Assembly (NCBI GenBank): GCA_902559345.1
Contig: CACEHH010000005.1
Span: forward strand, 578-64,577
Reading direction: 5' to 3'
DNA: 64,000 nucleotides
From: an uncultured SAR86 cluster bacterium
Lineage (GTDB): Bacteria > Pseudomonadota > Gammaproteobacteria > Magnimaribacterales > D2472
A program made the position numbers and the translations under genes. The notes under the pieces are model-generated. The model searched no databases. It saw nothing but the letters and a program-made list of their open reading frames with translations, and was not told the DNA's origin. Within the stretch, counting starts at the first letter, position 1; every line of letters begins with the position of its first letter. Of the stretch, positions 1 to 10,527 are shown piece by piece.

Positions 1-1
1 T

Positions 2-1144
2 TGTGTTCGAGATCTTTTATGCGGAATAGTTCCAAAAGATTTTGATATTGCTACTGATGCTACGCCTGAACAGATAAGGAAAATATTCAAATCATCAAGG
101 ATAATTGGAAAAAGATTTAAATTAGTTCATATATTTAATCGATCAGAATTAATTGAGGTCGCAACCTTTAGATCTGGAGAAAATATTTTAAATGATGGAG
201 ATTTAATTAAAGATCATTCAGGTAAAATCATTAGAGATAATATTTGGGGAACACTAGAAGAAGATACTTTTAGAAGAGACTTCACAATTAATGCATTGTA
301 CTACTGTCCTTCTACTCAAAAAATTGAAGACCATAATAATGGCATGAAGCATATTCATGAAAAAATTATTGTTTCAATTGGTGATCCTCAAAAAAGATTT
401 TCTGAAGATCCTGTTAGAAGTTTAAGAGCCATAAGGTTTAGCAATAAGTTGAACTTTAAAATTGATAAGGCTATCAAAGAAGCTATTTACGATAAGGGCC
501 ATTTACTTTCAAGCATTTCTAACGCTAGATTGTTTGATGAGTTTTGCAAGATTTTCTTAAATGGCATGGCTGAAAAAAACTTTAATAAATTGTTATCTTT
601 TGGTTTAAATAGATATTTGGTGAGAACAGATCCTGAACTAAATGAGTATACGTATAATGTAATGATTGAGGCCTTAAGAAATACTGATAAGAGATTGCAT
701 AACGATCAATCTGTTACTCCTGGGTTTCTTATTGCTGCCCTTCTATGGCCTCAACTTGTTGAAGCTTCCAAGCAAAAAGGTGAAATAAATCTAAGAAAAT
801 ATTTTAGATCAATGGATAGGATTTTAAGAGAACAACAAAAAATTACTGCAATCCCAAGAAAATTTCATGGTTATATAAAAGATATATGGGTCTTACAACT
901 CAAGCTACATAGCAGAATTGGCAAACAGCCATACAAAACTCTTAAACACCCTAGATTTAGAGCTGCTTATGATTTTCTATTGGTAAGAGAAAAGGCATCA
1001 GGTGAGAGTAGCTATTTAGGTAATTGGTGGACTAATTTTCAAAAAAATGACAACAATATTAAAAAGTCTTTAATTGAGAAATTGCATGAAAAAAATAAAG
1101 AAGAATCATTTAAAAAATTTGGTTTCTCTGAAGAGTTAAGATAA
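2..1144 (+). CDS. pcnB: Poly(A) polymerase I, 5'-truncated by the window edge
   Basis: Frame is open from base 2 (CVRDLLCGIVPKDFDIATDA), in frame with the 296..1144 ORF. Has the PAP I signature IIGKRFKLVHI, plus RRDFTINAL, EDPVRSLRAIRF and HPRFRAAYDFL. Confidence 0.92.
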   Translation, partial: CVRDLLCGIVPKDFDIATDATPEQIRKIFKSSRIIGKRFKLVHIFNRSELIEVATFRSGENILNDGDLIKDHSGKIIRDNIWGTLEEDTFRRDFTINALYYCPSTQKIEDHNNGMKHIHEKIIVSIGDPQKRFSEDPVRSLRAIRFSNKLNFKIDKAIKEAIYDKGHLLSSISNARLFDEFCKIFLNGMAEKNFNKLLSFGLNRYLVRTDPELNEYTYNVMIEALRNTDKRLHNDQSVTPGFLIAALLWPQLVEASKQKGEINLRKYFRSMDRILREQQKITAIPRKFHGYIKDIWVLQLKLHSRIGKQPYKTLKHPRFRAAYDFLLVREKASGESSYLGNWWTNFQKNDNNIKKSLIEKLHEKNKEESFKKFGFSEELR

Positions 1145-1171
1145 TCTATTAATTACAAATTAAATATTGTA

Positions 1172-1837
1172 ATGAAGCCAGCTTTAAACGAAATACCATT
1201 ACCAAAATATATTGCCATTGAGGGTCCAATAGGCGTTGGAAAGACTACGCTTGCAAACAAGATTGCTGAATCATTTAATTATGATGCTTTTTTAGAACAA
1301 CCTGCAGAAAATCCATTTCTAAAAAATTTTTATAGGAATCCAAGTCAATCTGCTCTTGCTACTCAATTATTTTTCTTATTCCAAAGAATGCAACAAATAC
1401 AAGACCTAAAACAACGCAGTCTATTTGAAAATGTTCGTGTTGCTGATTTTTTAATTGAAAAGGATCGGCTTTTTGCCGAAGTAACTCTTTCAAATGAAGA
1501 AATGATTTTGTATGACAAAGTATACGAACATATAACCATAGATGCACCTTCGCCTGATTTGGTAATCTATCTTCAAGCTCCTATTGAAATACTTAAAGAA
1601 AGAATCACCAAAAGAGGAAATATCAACGAACAATATCTGACATTAGATTATTTAGAAAGATTAAATGATGCATATTCAAGATTTTTCCTTGATTATACTG
1701 CAGCACCACTTTTAATTATAAATGCGGCGGATATCAACCTAGAATCAAGTGAAGATGATTATGAGGCATTAATTACAATGATAATGTCTAATCCTAAGGG
1801 GAAAAATTTTATTAATCCTCAGCCCTCAATCATTTAA
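1172..1837 (+). CDS. Deoxynucleoside kinase (dGK/dAK family)
   Basis: P-loop IEGPIGVGKTT, ENPFL..FY, PDLVIYLQA and RITKRG motifs; follows pcnB as in other proteobacteria. Confidence 0.88.
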   Translation: MKPALNEIPLPKYIAIEGPIGVGKTTLANKIAESFNYDAFLEQPAENPFLKNFYRNPSQSALATQLFFLFQRMQQIQDLKQRSLFENVRVADFLIEKDRLFAEVTLSNEEMILYDKVYEHITIDAPSPDLVIYLQAPIEILKERITKRGNINEQYLTLDYLERLNDAYSRFFLDYTAAPLLIINAADINLESSEDDYEALITMIMSNPKGKNFINPQPSII

Positions 1838-1846
1838 AGACTAATT

Positions 1847-3769
1847 GTGTCTCAAGAGATATATAGTCCTAAATCTGCTAACCCTCATATAAAAGATATT
1901 GAGGAATATCAAAAGCTTCATAAAGAATCTATAGAAAGTCCTAAAGAATTCTTTCAAAAGTTAGCAAATGAAAATATATCTTGGTTTAAGGATTTTAAAG
2001 AGGTTCATAATGATGATTTTCCGAACACTAAATGGTTCAGTGGTGGTCAAACCAATGTAAGCTTCAATTGTATAGATAGGCATTTAGAGAGTGATGCAAA
2101 TAAAACTGCATTAATATGGGAGGGGGATGATCCATCTTATTCTAAGAGCCTGACCTATCAAGAACTCCATGATGAAGTCTGTAAATTCTCAAATGTTCTT
2201 AAAAATCTTGGTGTAAAAAAAGGTTCAAGAGTTTGTATTTATATGCCTATGATAGTTGAGGCAGCCTTTGCAATGCTTGCGTGTACAAGGATTGGCGCTA
2301 TTCATTCGGTTGTTTTTGGTGGTTTTTCACCGGAGTCATTAAAAGATAGAATTCTTGATGCTGACTGTAAAATTGTAATTACGGCTGATGAAGGTTTAAG
2401 AGGCGGAAAAAAAGTTCCGTTAAAACTTAATGTTGATGAAGCTCTTAAAGGATGTCCAAATGTAAAATCCACTTTAGTTATAAAGAGAACTAGTGAAGAT
2501 ATTCCATGGGATGAAAATCGCGATATTTGGTATGAGGAATTATCTAAAGATGTTGAAACTACCTGTGATCCTGAGCCAATGGATTCTGAAGATCCCCTTT
2601 TTATACTTTATACATCTGGTTCAACTGGGAAGCCCAAAGGTGTATTGCATTCTACTGCTGGATATTTGTTAGGTGCTCATATTAGTTTTAAATATTTGTT
2701 TGGCATAAGGCCAGAAGATAAATATTGGTGTACTGCTGATGTTGGATGGATAACTGGTCATACATATATTTTGTATGGTCCTCTTTCAAATGGGGCTACA
2801 ACTTTAATGTTTGAAGGTGTTCCAACCTACCCTTCTGCATCAAGGTGTTGGGAGATATGTGATAAACACGAAATTAATATCTTTTACACTGCTCCAACTG
2901 CTATCAGAGCCCTTATGGCTCAAGGCGATGAGCCTGTTTTAAAAACTAAAAGAAATACTTTAAGGGTATTAGGCACTGTTGGTGAACCAATAAACCCAGA
3001 GGCGTGGGATTGGTACTACAGTGTTGTAGGTGAATCTAGATGCGATATTATTGATACATGGTGGCAAACTGAAACTGGCTCAGTTCTTATATCTCCAATT
3101 GCAGGCGTCACACCCACAAAACCGGGATCAGCTACTCTTCCTTTTTTTGGAGTAAAACCAGCGCTATATGATGAAAATGGTAAAACATTAGAAGGACCAA
3201 ATTCAGGAAACTTGGTAATGGAACAATCTTGGCCTAGCCAAATTAGAAGTGTTTATGGGGATCATCAAAGAATGATAGATACATACTTTAGTATGTATAA
3301 AGATATCTACTTTACTGGAGATGGAGCTAGAAGAGACGAAGATGGATATTACTGGATTACTGGAAGAGTGGATGATGTTTTAAATGTCTCAGGTCATAGA
3401 CTTGGTACCGCAGAGATTGAAAGCGCTCTTGTGCTTCATCCAAAAGTAGCAGAAGCTGCTGTGGTTGGATTTGACCATCCAATTAAAGGTCAAGGCATTT
3501 ATGCTTTTGTTACTTTAATGATTGGAGAGTCATTTAGTGACGAATTAAATAATGAATTAAAACAATTCGTAGCTAAAGAAATAGGTGCAATCGCAAGGCC
3601 TGACCTAATTCAAAATGCACCTGGTCTTCCAAAAACAAGATCTGGAAAAATAATGAGAAGAATTTTAAGAAAAATTTCCGAAGGCGATCTATCAAATCTT
3701 GGCGATACCACTACACTTGCAGATCCATCAGTTGTAGATTCTCTAATTAGCAATAAAATAAGCTTATGA
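1847..3769 (+). CDS. acs: Acetyl-CoA synthetase (AMP-forming)
   Basis: [14 protein letters not shown]-binding motif, [15 protein letters not shown] and [11 protein letters not shown]; 640 aa; GTG start. Confidence 0.96.
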   Translation: MSQEIYSPKSANPHIKDIEEYQKLHKESIESPKEFFQKLANENISWFKDFKEVHNDDFPNTKWFSGGQTNVSFNCIDRHLESDANKTALIWEGDDPSYSKSLTYQELHDEVCKFSNVLKNLGVKKGSRVCIYMPMIVEAAFAMLACTRIGAIHSVVFGGFSPESLKDRILDADCKIVITADEGLRGGKKVPLKLNVDEALKGCPNVKSTLVIKRTSEDIPWDENRDIWYEELSKDVETTCDPEPMDSEDPLFILYTSGSTGKPKGVLHSTAGYLLGAHISFKYLFGIRPEDKYWCTADVGWITGHTYILYGPLSNGATTLMFEGVPTYPSASRCWEICDKHEINIFYTAPTAIRALMAQGDEPVLKTKRNTLRVLGTVGEPINPEAWDWYYSVVGESRCDIIDTWWQTETGSVLISPIAGVTPTKPGSATLPFFGVKPALYDENGKTLEGPNSGNLVMEQSWPSQIRSVYGDHQRMIDTYFSMYKDIYFTGDGARRDEDGYYWITGRVDDVLNVSGHRLGTAEIESALVLHPKVAEAAVVGFDHPIKGQGIYAFVTLMIGESFSDELNNELKQFVAKEIGAIARPDLIQNAPGLPKTRSGKIMRRILRKISEGDLSNLGDTTTLADPSVVDSLISNKISL

Positions 3770-4101
3770 AAAAAAATAGTTTATTAGTGATTGCCACACT
3801 TACTTTAGTTAGTTGTAATACAAATCAAAATTATGATAAGTCAATGCTACCTGACGCTGATCCTAAAGTTCTAAGTGAAGTGAATTCCAAAGTATTAATT
3901 TCTTGTATGCAAATGCCTGTGCCTCGACCACCTGTTCCTATAAATCCAAGTCATAAAGTGCCAACTAGCGAGGTATATGATCAGAATGATTGTGTTGAGA
4001 ACAAATTGTCTGATAATGAGCGTAAAAAAATTCTTAATGAGAGAAAAGAAAAAGAAAAATTTAATCTTGTAATTAATTTAGAAGATCAAGAAGAAGAGTA
4101 A
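3766..4101 (+). CDS. Hypothetical lipoprotein, proline-rich
   Basis: Signal peptide with lipobox ([17 protein letters not shown]); ATGA overlap with the acs stop. Confidence 0.65.
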   Translation: MKKNSLLVIATLTLVSCNTNQNYDKSMLPDADPKVLSEVNSKVLISCMQMPVPRPPVPINPSHKVPTSEVYDQNDCVENKLSDNERKKILNERKEKEKFNLVINLEDQEEE

Positions 4102-4886
4102 CGATTTTCAACACTTTTTATTTTTTTATCATCTTGAAGTTTTATCAGGTGAGCCATAAGACTCATTTTTGCAATAGGATGGAGTATTTCAGGTACATCG
4201 TTATAAACTAATGGCAATAACTCATCAAGGTTGGAATTCTTATTTTTATCCACACATCTTAAGACTTTCGATTCTCTTGAGAGTCTATGTCTAATGATTG
4301 ATTGAATAGTTTTATAAGGATCTTCCATATAATTTCCATGACCTGGTGCGAAATAATTAATATCATAATCTTCTAACAGCCTTAAAGATTCTATATATTC
4401 AGTCATATTTCCATCTGGTGGAGCTATCACAACAGTTGAGCCATCCATAATATGATCACCAGTTAAAAGGCATTTATGTTTTTCTAAATAAAAGCACAGA
4501 TGATTTGATGCATGTCCTGGGGTATGAATTGTTTCAAGAGAGTATTCCTTTGTTGCAATAACATCTCCATGACTCAAAACTGTATCGGGTATAAAAGTTT
4601 CATCTTCCCATTCAGATTCTCTATCTACCAGTCTTCCAAACATTGGAATATCTAACTCTTTAGAAATGGGCAGTGCTGCAGGTGAATGATCTGTATGAGT
4701 ATGTGTAACTAGGATTCTTTTAATCTTACCAGCTCCCTTTTTTAAAATAGCTTGAATGTGTTCTTTAATATTTGGTCCTGGGTCTACAAGTGTTATGTCC
4801 TCTTGCCCTATTAAATAAGTATTAGTTCCTTGTCCAGTAAAGACGCCGCCATTAGGTGCAGTAATTTTAGTTATTAATTTATTCAT
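4086..4886 (-). CDS. MBL-fold metallo-hydrolase (LACTB2-like)
   Basis: THTHTDH metal motif, APN..FTGQGTNTYL, TPGHASNH, TGDH and APGHG. Confidence 0.9.
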   Translation of the reverse strand: MNKLITKITAPNGGVFTGQGTNTYLIGQEDITLVDPGPNIKEHIQAILKKGAGKIKRILVTHTHTDHSPAALPISKELDIPMFGRLVDRESEWEDETFIPDTVLSHGDVIATKEYSLETIHTPGHASNHLCFYLEKHKCLLTGDHIMDGSTVVIAPPDGNMTEYIESLRLLEDYDINYFAPGHGNYMEDPYKTIQSIIRHRLSRESKVLRCVDKNKNSNLDELLPLVYNDVPEILHPIAKMSLMAHLIKLQDDKKIKSVENRYSSS

Positions 4887-5677
4887 TAATGATCCTCATA
4901 ACCATCATCTCCTGGAAACAAAACCTTCCAAGTATCATTTTCTTTATAGAACTTAGGCAAGATAGGTTTAATGTCATCTTTTGTAAGTTTTTTTTGATGA
5001 TCGAGCATTGTTGTTGCGCTTTTAAAATTCATACATGATTTTAGGTTCTCTGTTGTTGGAAGAATCATCTGCATGTCTCCTTCTAAGGCTTTCTTAAGTG
5101 CTAGATTAGGACTAATCCATAAACTATGGGTTAGCTCCATGCCGTCATGTTGAACAATCTGATTTTCTGGTAAATATGCTATAAAAAATCTTGTATCAAA
5201 TCTTCTGGCTTCAAACTCAGGGGTAATCCAGTGAGATAATGGTGCAATGTTAGCGGTTGTGAGTGTCAAATCCTCTTTTTTACATATATCTAAAAGATTA
5301 ATTTCATTATTTATTAACATTTGTCTATAAGTATCGAATTTTGATTTATCTTCGCCTTCTAAATTAAGCAACTCTCCAGATCTTTTTGTAGCAAGAAGTA
5401 TCCCAACCTCCTCAAAACACTCTCTTATACATGCAGCCCAATAACTTAAACCTCCATTATTTAACCCAAGTATGTTCGAAGCTTTTAGATCATCATATCC
5501 ATCACAATATAACTCAAGGCTCTCTAAACAATCTCCTTCATCAATTTTGCCTCCAGGAAAAACATAAAGATTTCCAAATGGAGACTTCTTAGATCTTTTG
5601 ACCATTAAAACTTCCATACCATCATTGGTGTCTCTTAGAACAAGAACAGTTGCAGCAGGAGTTAAATTATTATTCAT
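4886..5677 (-). CDS. NUDIX hydrolase (NUDT19-like)
   Basis: PAATVLVLRD, VFPGGKID, AACIRECFEEVG Nudix box and HWITPEFEARRFDTRFF. Confidence 0.88.
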   Translation of the reverse strand: MNNNLTPAATVLVLRDTNDGMEVLMVKRSKKSPFGNLYVFPGGKIDEGDCLESLELYCDGYDDLKASNILGLNNGGLSYWAACIRECFEEVGILLATKRSGELLNLEGEDKSKFDTYRQMLINNEINLLDICKKEDLTLTTANIAPLSHWITPEFEARRFDTRFFIAYLPENQIVQHDGMELTHSLWISPNLALKKALEGDMQMILPTTENLKSCMNFKSATTMLDHQKKLTKDDIKPILPKFYKENDTWKVLFPGDDGYEDH

Positions 5678-5709
5678 ATATTTAATCGATATAGCTTAGA
5701 ATACTGCTT

Positions 5710-6600
5710 ATGCAAATTACTGACAATCTAAAAAATGATATCTCTAATGCTCCTACATGGTTTCTTGATACTATCGCCATAAAGCCAAGTGAAAAAATTT
5801 TAGAAGATGTTAAAGGAAACCTTTCATATTCTGTATGGCCCTCTTCATCTGAAAATAAGAATCTTATGATCTTTATTCATGGAACTGGCGCTCATAAAAA
5901 ATGGTGGTACCCAATTGCCCCTCAATTTGTAGACTACTCAAATATAATTGCTATTGATCTTCCGGGTATGGGCGATTCAGGTTTTAGAGAAAAGTATAGT
6001 ATCAAAGACTTTGGTCAATGCATCATTTCAATTATTGAAAAAGAGAAGTCTAATATGGATATTGATAGTATTTCTATCATAGGCCACTCTTTAGGAGGCC
6101 AAGTAGCAGGATACGTGGCTTCAGAAAAAAAAGATCTTGTCTCTAATTTAATCATGATTGATACCTTTATAAGGCCACCAGATTGGGATCCATCTCAAAA
6201 TGAAGGCGGGCCTTTAAGAATGATTAAATATTATCCAGATAAAACTACAATTCTAAAAAGATTTAGGCTTCTTCCTCAACAAGAATGCAATAATGAATGG
6301 TTTGTAAGATATATATCTGAGCATTCGGTTAGAGAAACATCAGAAGGATGGCGTTGGAAATTTGATGATTCAATGTTTAATAGTCTTGAAAGATTATTTG
6401 GATATAAATTCTCTTTTAGATGTCCTGCTCTTTTTATTCATGGAGCAAATAGCCTCCTAATGTCAGCAAATATTTTAGATAATATTAAAAAAATGTATTC
6501 TGAAATTATGGATTTTAATGAGGTCAATGGTGCTGCACACCATGTTCCCTTAGATAAACCATTAGAAATAGTTGATATAATAAAAAATCGTCTTTTTTAG
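5710..6600 (+). CDS. Alpha/beta-fold hydrolase
   Basis: FIHGTG oxyanion loop, DLPGMGDS, GHSLGG nucleophile elbow and C-terminal AAHHVPLDKP. Confidence 0.88.
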   Translation: MQITDNLKNDISNAPTWFLDTIAIKPSEKILEDVKGNLSYSVWPSSSENKNLMIFIHGTGAHKKWWYPIAPQFVDYSNIIAIDLPGMGDSGFREKYSIKDFGQCIISIIEKEKSNMDIDSISIIGHSLGGQVAGYVASEKKDLVSNLIMIDTFIRPPDWDPSQNEGGPLRMIKYYPDKTTILKRFRLLPQQECNNEWFVRYISEHSVRETSEGWRWKFDDSMFNSLERLFGYKFSFRCPALFIHGANSLLMSANILDNIKKMYSEIMDFNEVNGAAHHVPLDKPLEIVDIIKNRLF

Positions 6601-6608
6601 ATTTTTAT

Positions 6609-7979
6609 ATGAATTATTTTTATTTTTTCTTTTTCTTATTTCTATCAGTTCTAATATTAATAAAGCCGTTTATAAATATCATCTCAAATTGGGTCATGCG
6701 ATCTAAGAAGCTAACAATAACTGGGGCAATTACTTTTTTTGTAGGAGTTTTGTGTATATATATAAGTCTTAGTAATGAATTTTGGTATGAGCGTGTGTGG
6801 TTAATCACAACTTTTGTAATAGGAATCGCTCTTTTAATAAGAGCTTTAGTGATTATTTTCTTTTTTAGAAAAATTAAAAAAATGCTGCCCTATTTCATGG
6901 AGAACTATTATAAATTTTCAATACCAATCGCGCTTGTTCTGATTTATATATCAATTCTAATTGTATCTACCGATTATATTGGTCCTCAAAAAGATATTAG
7001 CTCTTGTAAATCGGACAAAGATATAGATGTTATATGTGAGTTTTTGAACCCTGAGGATATTGTAATTACTCCTGATAAGGAATTTCTGCTTATGTCAGAA
7101 TTTGGAGGTATAGGCCCATATGAAGAACAAAAACCTGGTTTTTTTGCATTATTAGATCTAAGAACAAAAAAAAGAATAATTCCAAATATAACTATCGCTA
7201 GTAATTCATGGGGCGACCCATCATGTAACAGAATTGATGATCAGCAGTATGGGCCACATGGGATAGATCTCGTGGAGCGTAATGACGGAAAATTTCAACT
7301 TGGAGTTATAAGCCATTATCCAGATGAAACTATTGAAATGTTTGAATTGATAAAAACTAATGGGTCATGGAATTTCATATGGAGGGGTTGTGTAGATGTT
7401 CCATACAAATATTATTTTAATGATATAAGTCTTAAAAAAGACGGTGGTTTTTTTGCATCACATATGTATGAAAGAGATATAACTCTTAATGAGTGGCTCA
7501 TAACCTCTTTACTAAAAAGAAATTCAGGATACCTTGTAGACTGGAATGATGGAAAGTTTAATAAAGTTGAAGGTACTGAAGGCAGTGGGCCAAATGGAAT
7601 AGCCTTAGATAGAAATTCCAACTTGCTCTATATTAATTACAATCAAGGTGATCTCATTACAAAGTTTGATCTTTCGATAAACAAAAAGATTCATAGTCAA
7701 TTCATAGAAGCGCCAGATAACCCTTATATTGATGGTGATTATATATGGGTTACTTCTCTAGATTTCCAACCAAATGATTTTGGAGAATGTGAATTTAAGA
7801 AAAGTTGCTCATTACCTTTTTCTATTTATAAATTAGATAAGAAAACATTAGAAGTCCTTGATAAATTCTCGTTCTCTAAAACAGTATTTGGATTACCAAC
7901 AGTCGCGGTTCCGGTTGGTGAAAACATTTATATGGGATCATTCCATTCTGATAGATTGGGTTATTTTAAAATAAATTAA
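6609..7979 (+). CDS. SMP-30/gluconolactonase/paraoxonase-like beta-propeller with N-terminal membrane domain
   Basis: NPEDI, GPHGID, FNDI, GPNGIA and APDN metal-propeller motifs; about 4 hydrophobic helices in the first ~120 aa. Confidence 0.72.
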   Translation: MNYFYFFFFLFLSVLILIKPFINIISNWVMRSKKLTITGAITFFVGVLCIYISLSNEFWYERVWLITTFVIGIALLIRALVIIFFFRKIKKMLPYFMENYYKFSIPIALVLIYISILIVSTDYIGPQKDISSCKSDKDIDVICEFLNPEDIVITPDKEFLLMSEFGGIGPYEEQKPGFFALLDLRTKKRIIPNITIASNSWGDPSCNRIDDQQYGPHGIDLVERNDGKFQLGVISHYPDETIEMFELIKTNGSWNFIWRGCVDVPYKYYFNDISLKKDGGFFASHMYERDITLNEWLITSLLKRNSGYLVDWNDGKFNKVEGTEGSGPNGIALDRNSNLLYINYNQGDLITKFDLSINKKIHSQFIEAPDNPYIDGDYIWVTSLDFQPNDFGECEFKKSCSLPFSIYKLDKKTLEVLDKFSFSKTVFGLPTVAVPVGENIYMGSFHSDRLGYFKIN

Positions 7980-7983
7980 TTTT

Positions 7984-8817
7984 ATGATTGAAGATTTTAA
8001 TTTTGATTCTATACAAATAAAAATACCAAAAAGGGCTGAAAACTCTCATAAGGGAAATTTTGGGAAAGTATTAGTAATTGGTGGGTCTGATGGCATGGGT
8101 GGTGCTGCAATACTTTCATCAGAGGCAAGTCTTTTTTGTGGTTCTGGTTTAGTTCATCTTCACACACATCCCAATAATGTAGAAGCAAGCTTAAAAAGAA
8201 ACCCAGAAATAATGGCTTTAGGTATAAATAATAATTATAAAGTCCCCAATGAAATGAATGTTATTTTATGTGGTCCAGGATTAAGAGATGATGATTGGTC
8301 ATATGATATATACAAAAAAACAATAACCAAAGATGGCAATCATGTGCTTATCTTAGATGCTGGCGCTCTTTATTTTTTATATAAATCTTATGCAAAATCT
8401 CCAATTTCAGACAAGCATTTAATACTTACCCCTCATCCAGGTGAGGCAAGTGCACTTTTAAATGTTCCAGTTGATGAAATTCAAACTGATCGATTAAAAG
8501 CTGCTAAGGAAATATCTAAAAAATATAATGCAGATGTAATTCTTAAAGGAAATCAAACTATAGTTTTTTCTAAGTTAAATGAAGGTGCTCTCTTATGCAA
8601 TGAAGGGGGTCCAGAACTTGCAACTGGCGGAACTGGTGATGTGCTTGCCGGAGTAGTATCTTCATTGATTGCACAAAAATTAAGTCACTTTGATTCTTGT
8701 GTTCTCTCCACGGCATTACATGCACGAGCAGGTAAAATTTTTAATAAAACCATAGGTGAAATCGGTTTAAATGCCTCATCCTTAATTCCAATAATTAGAG
8801 ACCTCTTAAATAAATGA
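7984..8817 (+). CDS. nnrD: NAD(P)H-hydrate dehydratase (stand-alone NnrD domain)
   Basis: SHKGNFGKVLVIGGS, GPGL, LDAGAL, LTPHPGEA, LKG and LATGGTGDVLAG; directly upstream of tsaE. Confidence 0.92.
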   Translation: MIEDFNFDSIQIKIPKRAENSHKGNFGKVLVIGGSDGMGGAAILSSEASLFCGSGLVHLHTHPNNVEASLKRNPEIMALGINNNYKVPNEMNVILCGPGLRDDDWSYDIYKKTITKDGNHVLILDAGALYFLYKSYAKSPISDKHLILTPHPGEASALLNVPVDEIQTDRLKAAKEISKKYNADVILKGNQTIVFSKLNEGALLCNEGGPELATGGTGDVLAGVVSSLIAQKLSHFDSCVLSTALHARAGKIFNKTIGEIGLNASSLIPIIRDLLNK

Positions 8818-9275
8818 AGATAATTACCTTGAAAAATGATCAAGCTACAAGCGAGCTTGGAAAACTAATTGCTAATGAGATACAAAAGTTAGATCAACAA
8901 TCTATAGAGATACATCTCGAGGGAGATTTGGGAACTGGTAAAACTTTTCTAACAAAGTCAATAATTAAGAATAGTGGATGGAGCGAACATGTAAAAAGCC
9001 CCACCTACACTCTGTGTGAAGAATATGAATTAAATGATCTAATTTTTCTACATATTGACCTATATAGAACTAATGAAGCCGATGATATTCTTATATTTGA
9101 TTTAGACAGGAATACCCACTCTAAAAAAGTAATAATAATTGAGTGGCCACAAAAATTAATACATGAAAGAGAGTTTGATTTAAAAATATTTTTTAAACAT
9201 ATTGATAATGGAAGAGAAGTCTCGATAATATCTAAAGACAATAAATTTGATAGCCTACTTAATACAAATGAATAA
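8814..9275 (+). CDS. tsaE: tRNA threonylcarbamoyladenosine biosynthesis ATPase
   Basis: LEGDLGTGKT, VKSPTYTL, HIDLYR and IEWP; nnr-tsaE-amiB order. Confidence 0.95.
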   Translation: MKIITLKNDQATSELGKLIANEIQKLDQQSIEIHLEGDLGTGKTFLTKSIIKNSGWSEHVKSPTYTLCEEYELNDLIFLHIDLYRTNEADDILIFDLDRNTHSKKVIIIEWPQKLIHEREFDLKIFFKHIDNGREVSIISKDNKFDSLLNTNE

Positions 9276-10518
9276 ATATCTTTATCTCTGTATAATTTTA
9301 TCTGCTTTTATTAGATCAAATGAAGTATCTTTTAACGAAGTAACAAAATTAGACAGCGATACCATTCAGATATCCTTTATATTAGAGAAGGTTTCATATC
9401 TGAAATCATATTCTCTTATCGAGCCATCAAGACTGGTGATTGATATACATGACAGTAGTCTTAAAAAAGAAATAAGTGAGGTCTATAACTTCCCAGTAAA
9501 GAAGATAAGTGCAACATCTGAAGAAAACTTAACCAGAATCGTTATAGATCTATACGAATATGTTAAATGGAAAAAACCAACTCAAACATATACTGAAAAT
9601 GGGATTTTGCTTAATCTAGAAATAGAAAAAGCAAAAAAATTAAAAAACAATATAAGAGATATAGTAATTGCGATTGATGCTGGTCATGGAGGAAGGGATC
9701 CTGGAGCTGTTGGAAGCAATGTCGTTGAAAAAGACATTACTTTGCTAATTGCTAGAGAATTAGAAAGAACCTTGAGAGATACCGAAGGATACCAAGCGGT
9801 TATGATAAGAAGTAATGATGAATCTGTTAGCCTAAATCAAAGATACCAAAATGCTAGAAAGTCTGGCGCTGATGCTCTTATTTCAATTCATGCTGACGGT
9901 TTTAGACTAGAGTCAGTTAAAGGTGCGTCTGTATTTGTATGGTCTAATGAAGCTTCAAGCAGTGTTGCAAGAAACTTATCTGAAAGGCAGAGAAAACGAA
10001 TACAAGCTCAAATAAAAGATATAAAACCATATGATTTTAATGAGGATGAAGCAATGATGATTTATCCAAGCACTTATAAAAATAAAATTGATCAAAGCTT
10101 AATTCTAGGAAATAAAATTTTAGAACAACTCAAGCGAGATCCTTTTACAAAAATCCATAAAAAAAATGTAGAGTTTGCTGATTTTAGAGTTCTAAAATCT
10201 GTTGATATACCATCTGTTTTAGTTGAATCAGGCTTTATTACAAATCCAGAAGATGCAGAAAGATTGAATAAGAAAGAAGGTAGAAGAATGATTGCTAGGT
10301 CTATTTTTCTTGGTATACACAATTATTTTAAAGAACAGGCTCCTTCAGGAACCTTGTTGCAAAATAATCAGGCTTATGTAAATTATACAGTCCAAGAAGG
10401 AGATACCCTTCTTGAATTAGCTATAAGGTTTGGCATAACAGTTGAATCAATAAGTAAAACCAATAACCTCAAAAATAATTCTATCTTTCAAGGTCAAATA
10501 CTTAGGATTCATATTTAA
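9268..10518 (+). CDS. amiB: N-acetylmuramoyl-L-alanine amidase with AMIN and LysM domains
   Basis: IDAGHGGRDPGA, EK, ISIHAD and SVLVESGFITN; C-terminal LysM (YTVQEGDTL..LA). The ATG at 9268 gives a signal peptide. Confidence 0.9.
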   Translation: MNKYLYLCIILSAFIRSNEVSFNEVTKLDSDTIQISFILEKVSYLKSYSLIEPSRLVIDIHDSSLKKEISEVYNFPVKKISATSEENLTRIVIDLYEYVKWKKPTQTYTENGILLNLEIEKAKKLKNNIRDIVIAIDAGHGGRDPGAVGSNVVEKDITLLIARELERTLRDTEGYQAVMIRSNDESVSLNQRYQNARKSGADALISIHADGFRLESVKGASVFVWSNEASSSVARNLSERQRKRIQAQIKDIKPYDFNEDEAMMIYPSTYKNKIDQSLILGNKILEQLKRDPFTKIHKKNVEFADFRVLKSVDIPSVLVESGFITNPEDAERLNKKEGRRMIARSIFLGIHNYFKEQAPSGTLLQNNQAYVNYTVQEGDTLLELAIRFGITVESISKTNNLKNNSIFQGQILRIHI

Positions 10519-10527
10519 TTAAATTTT

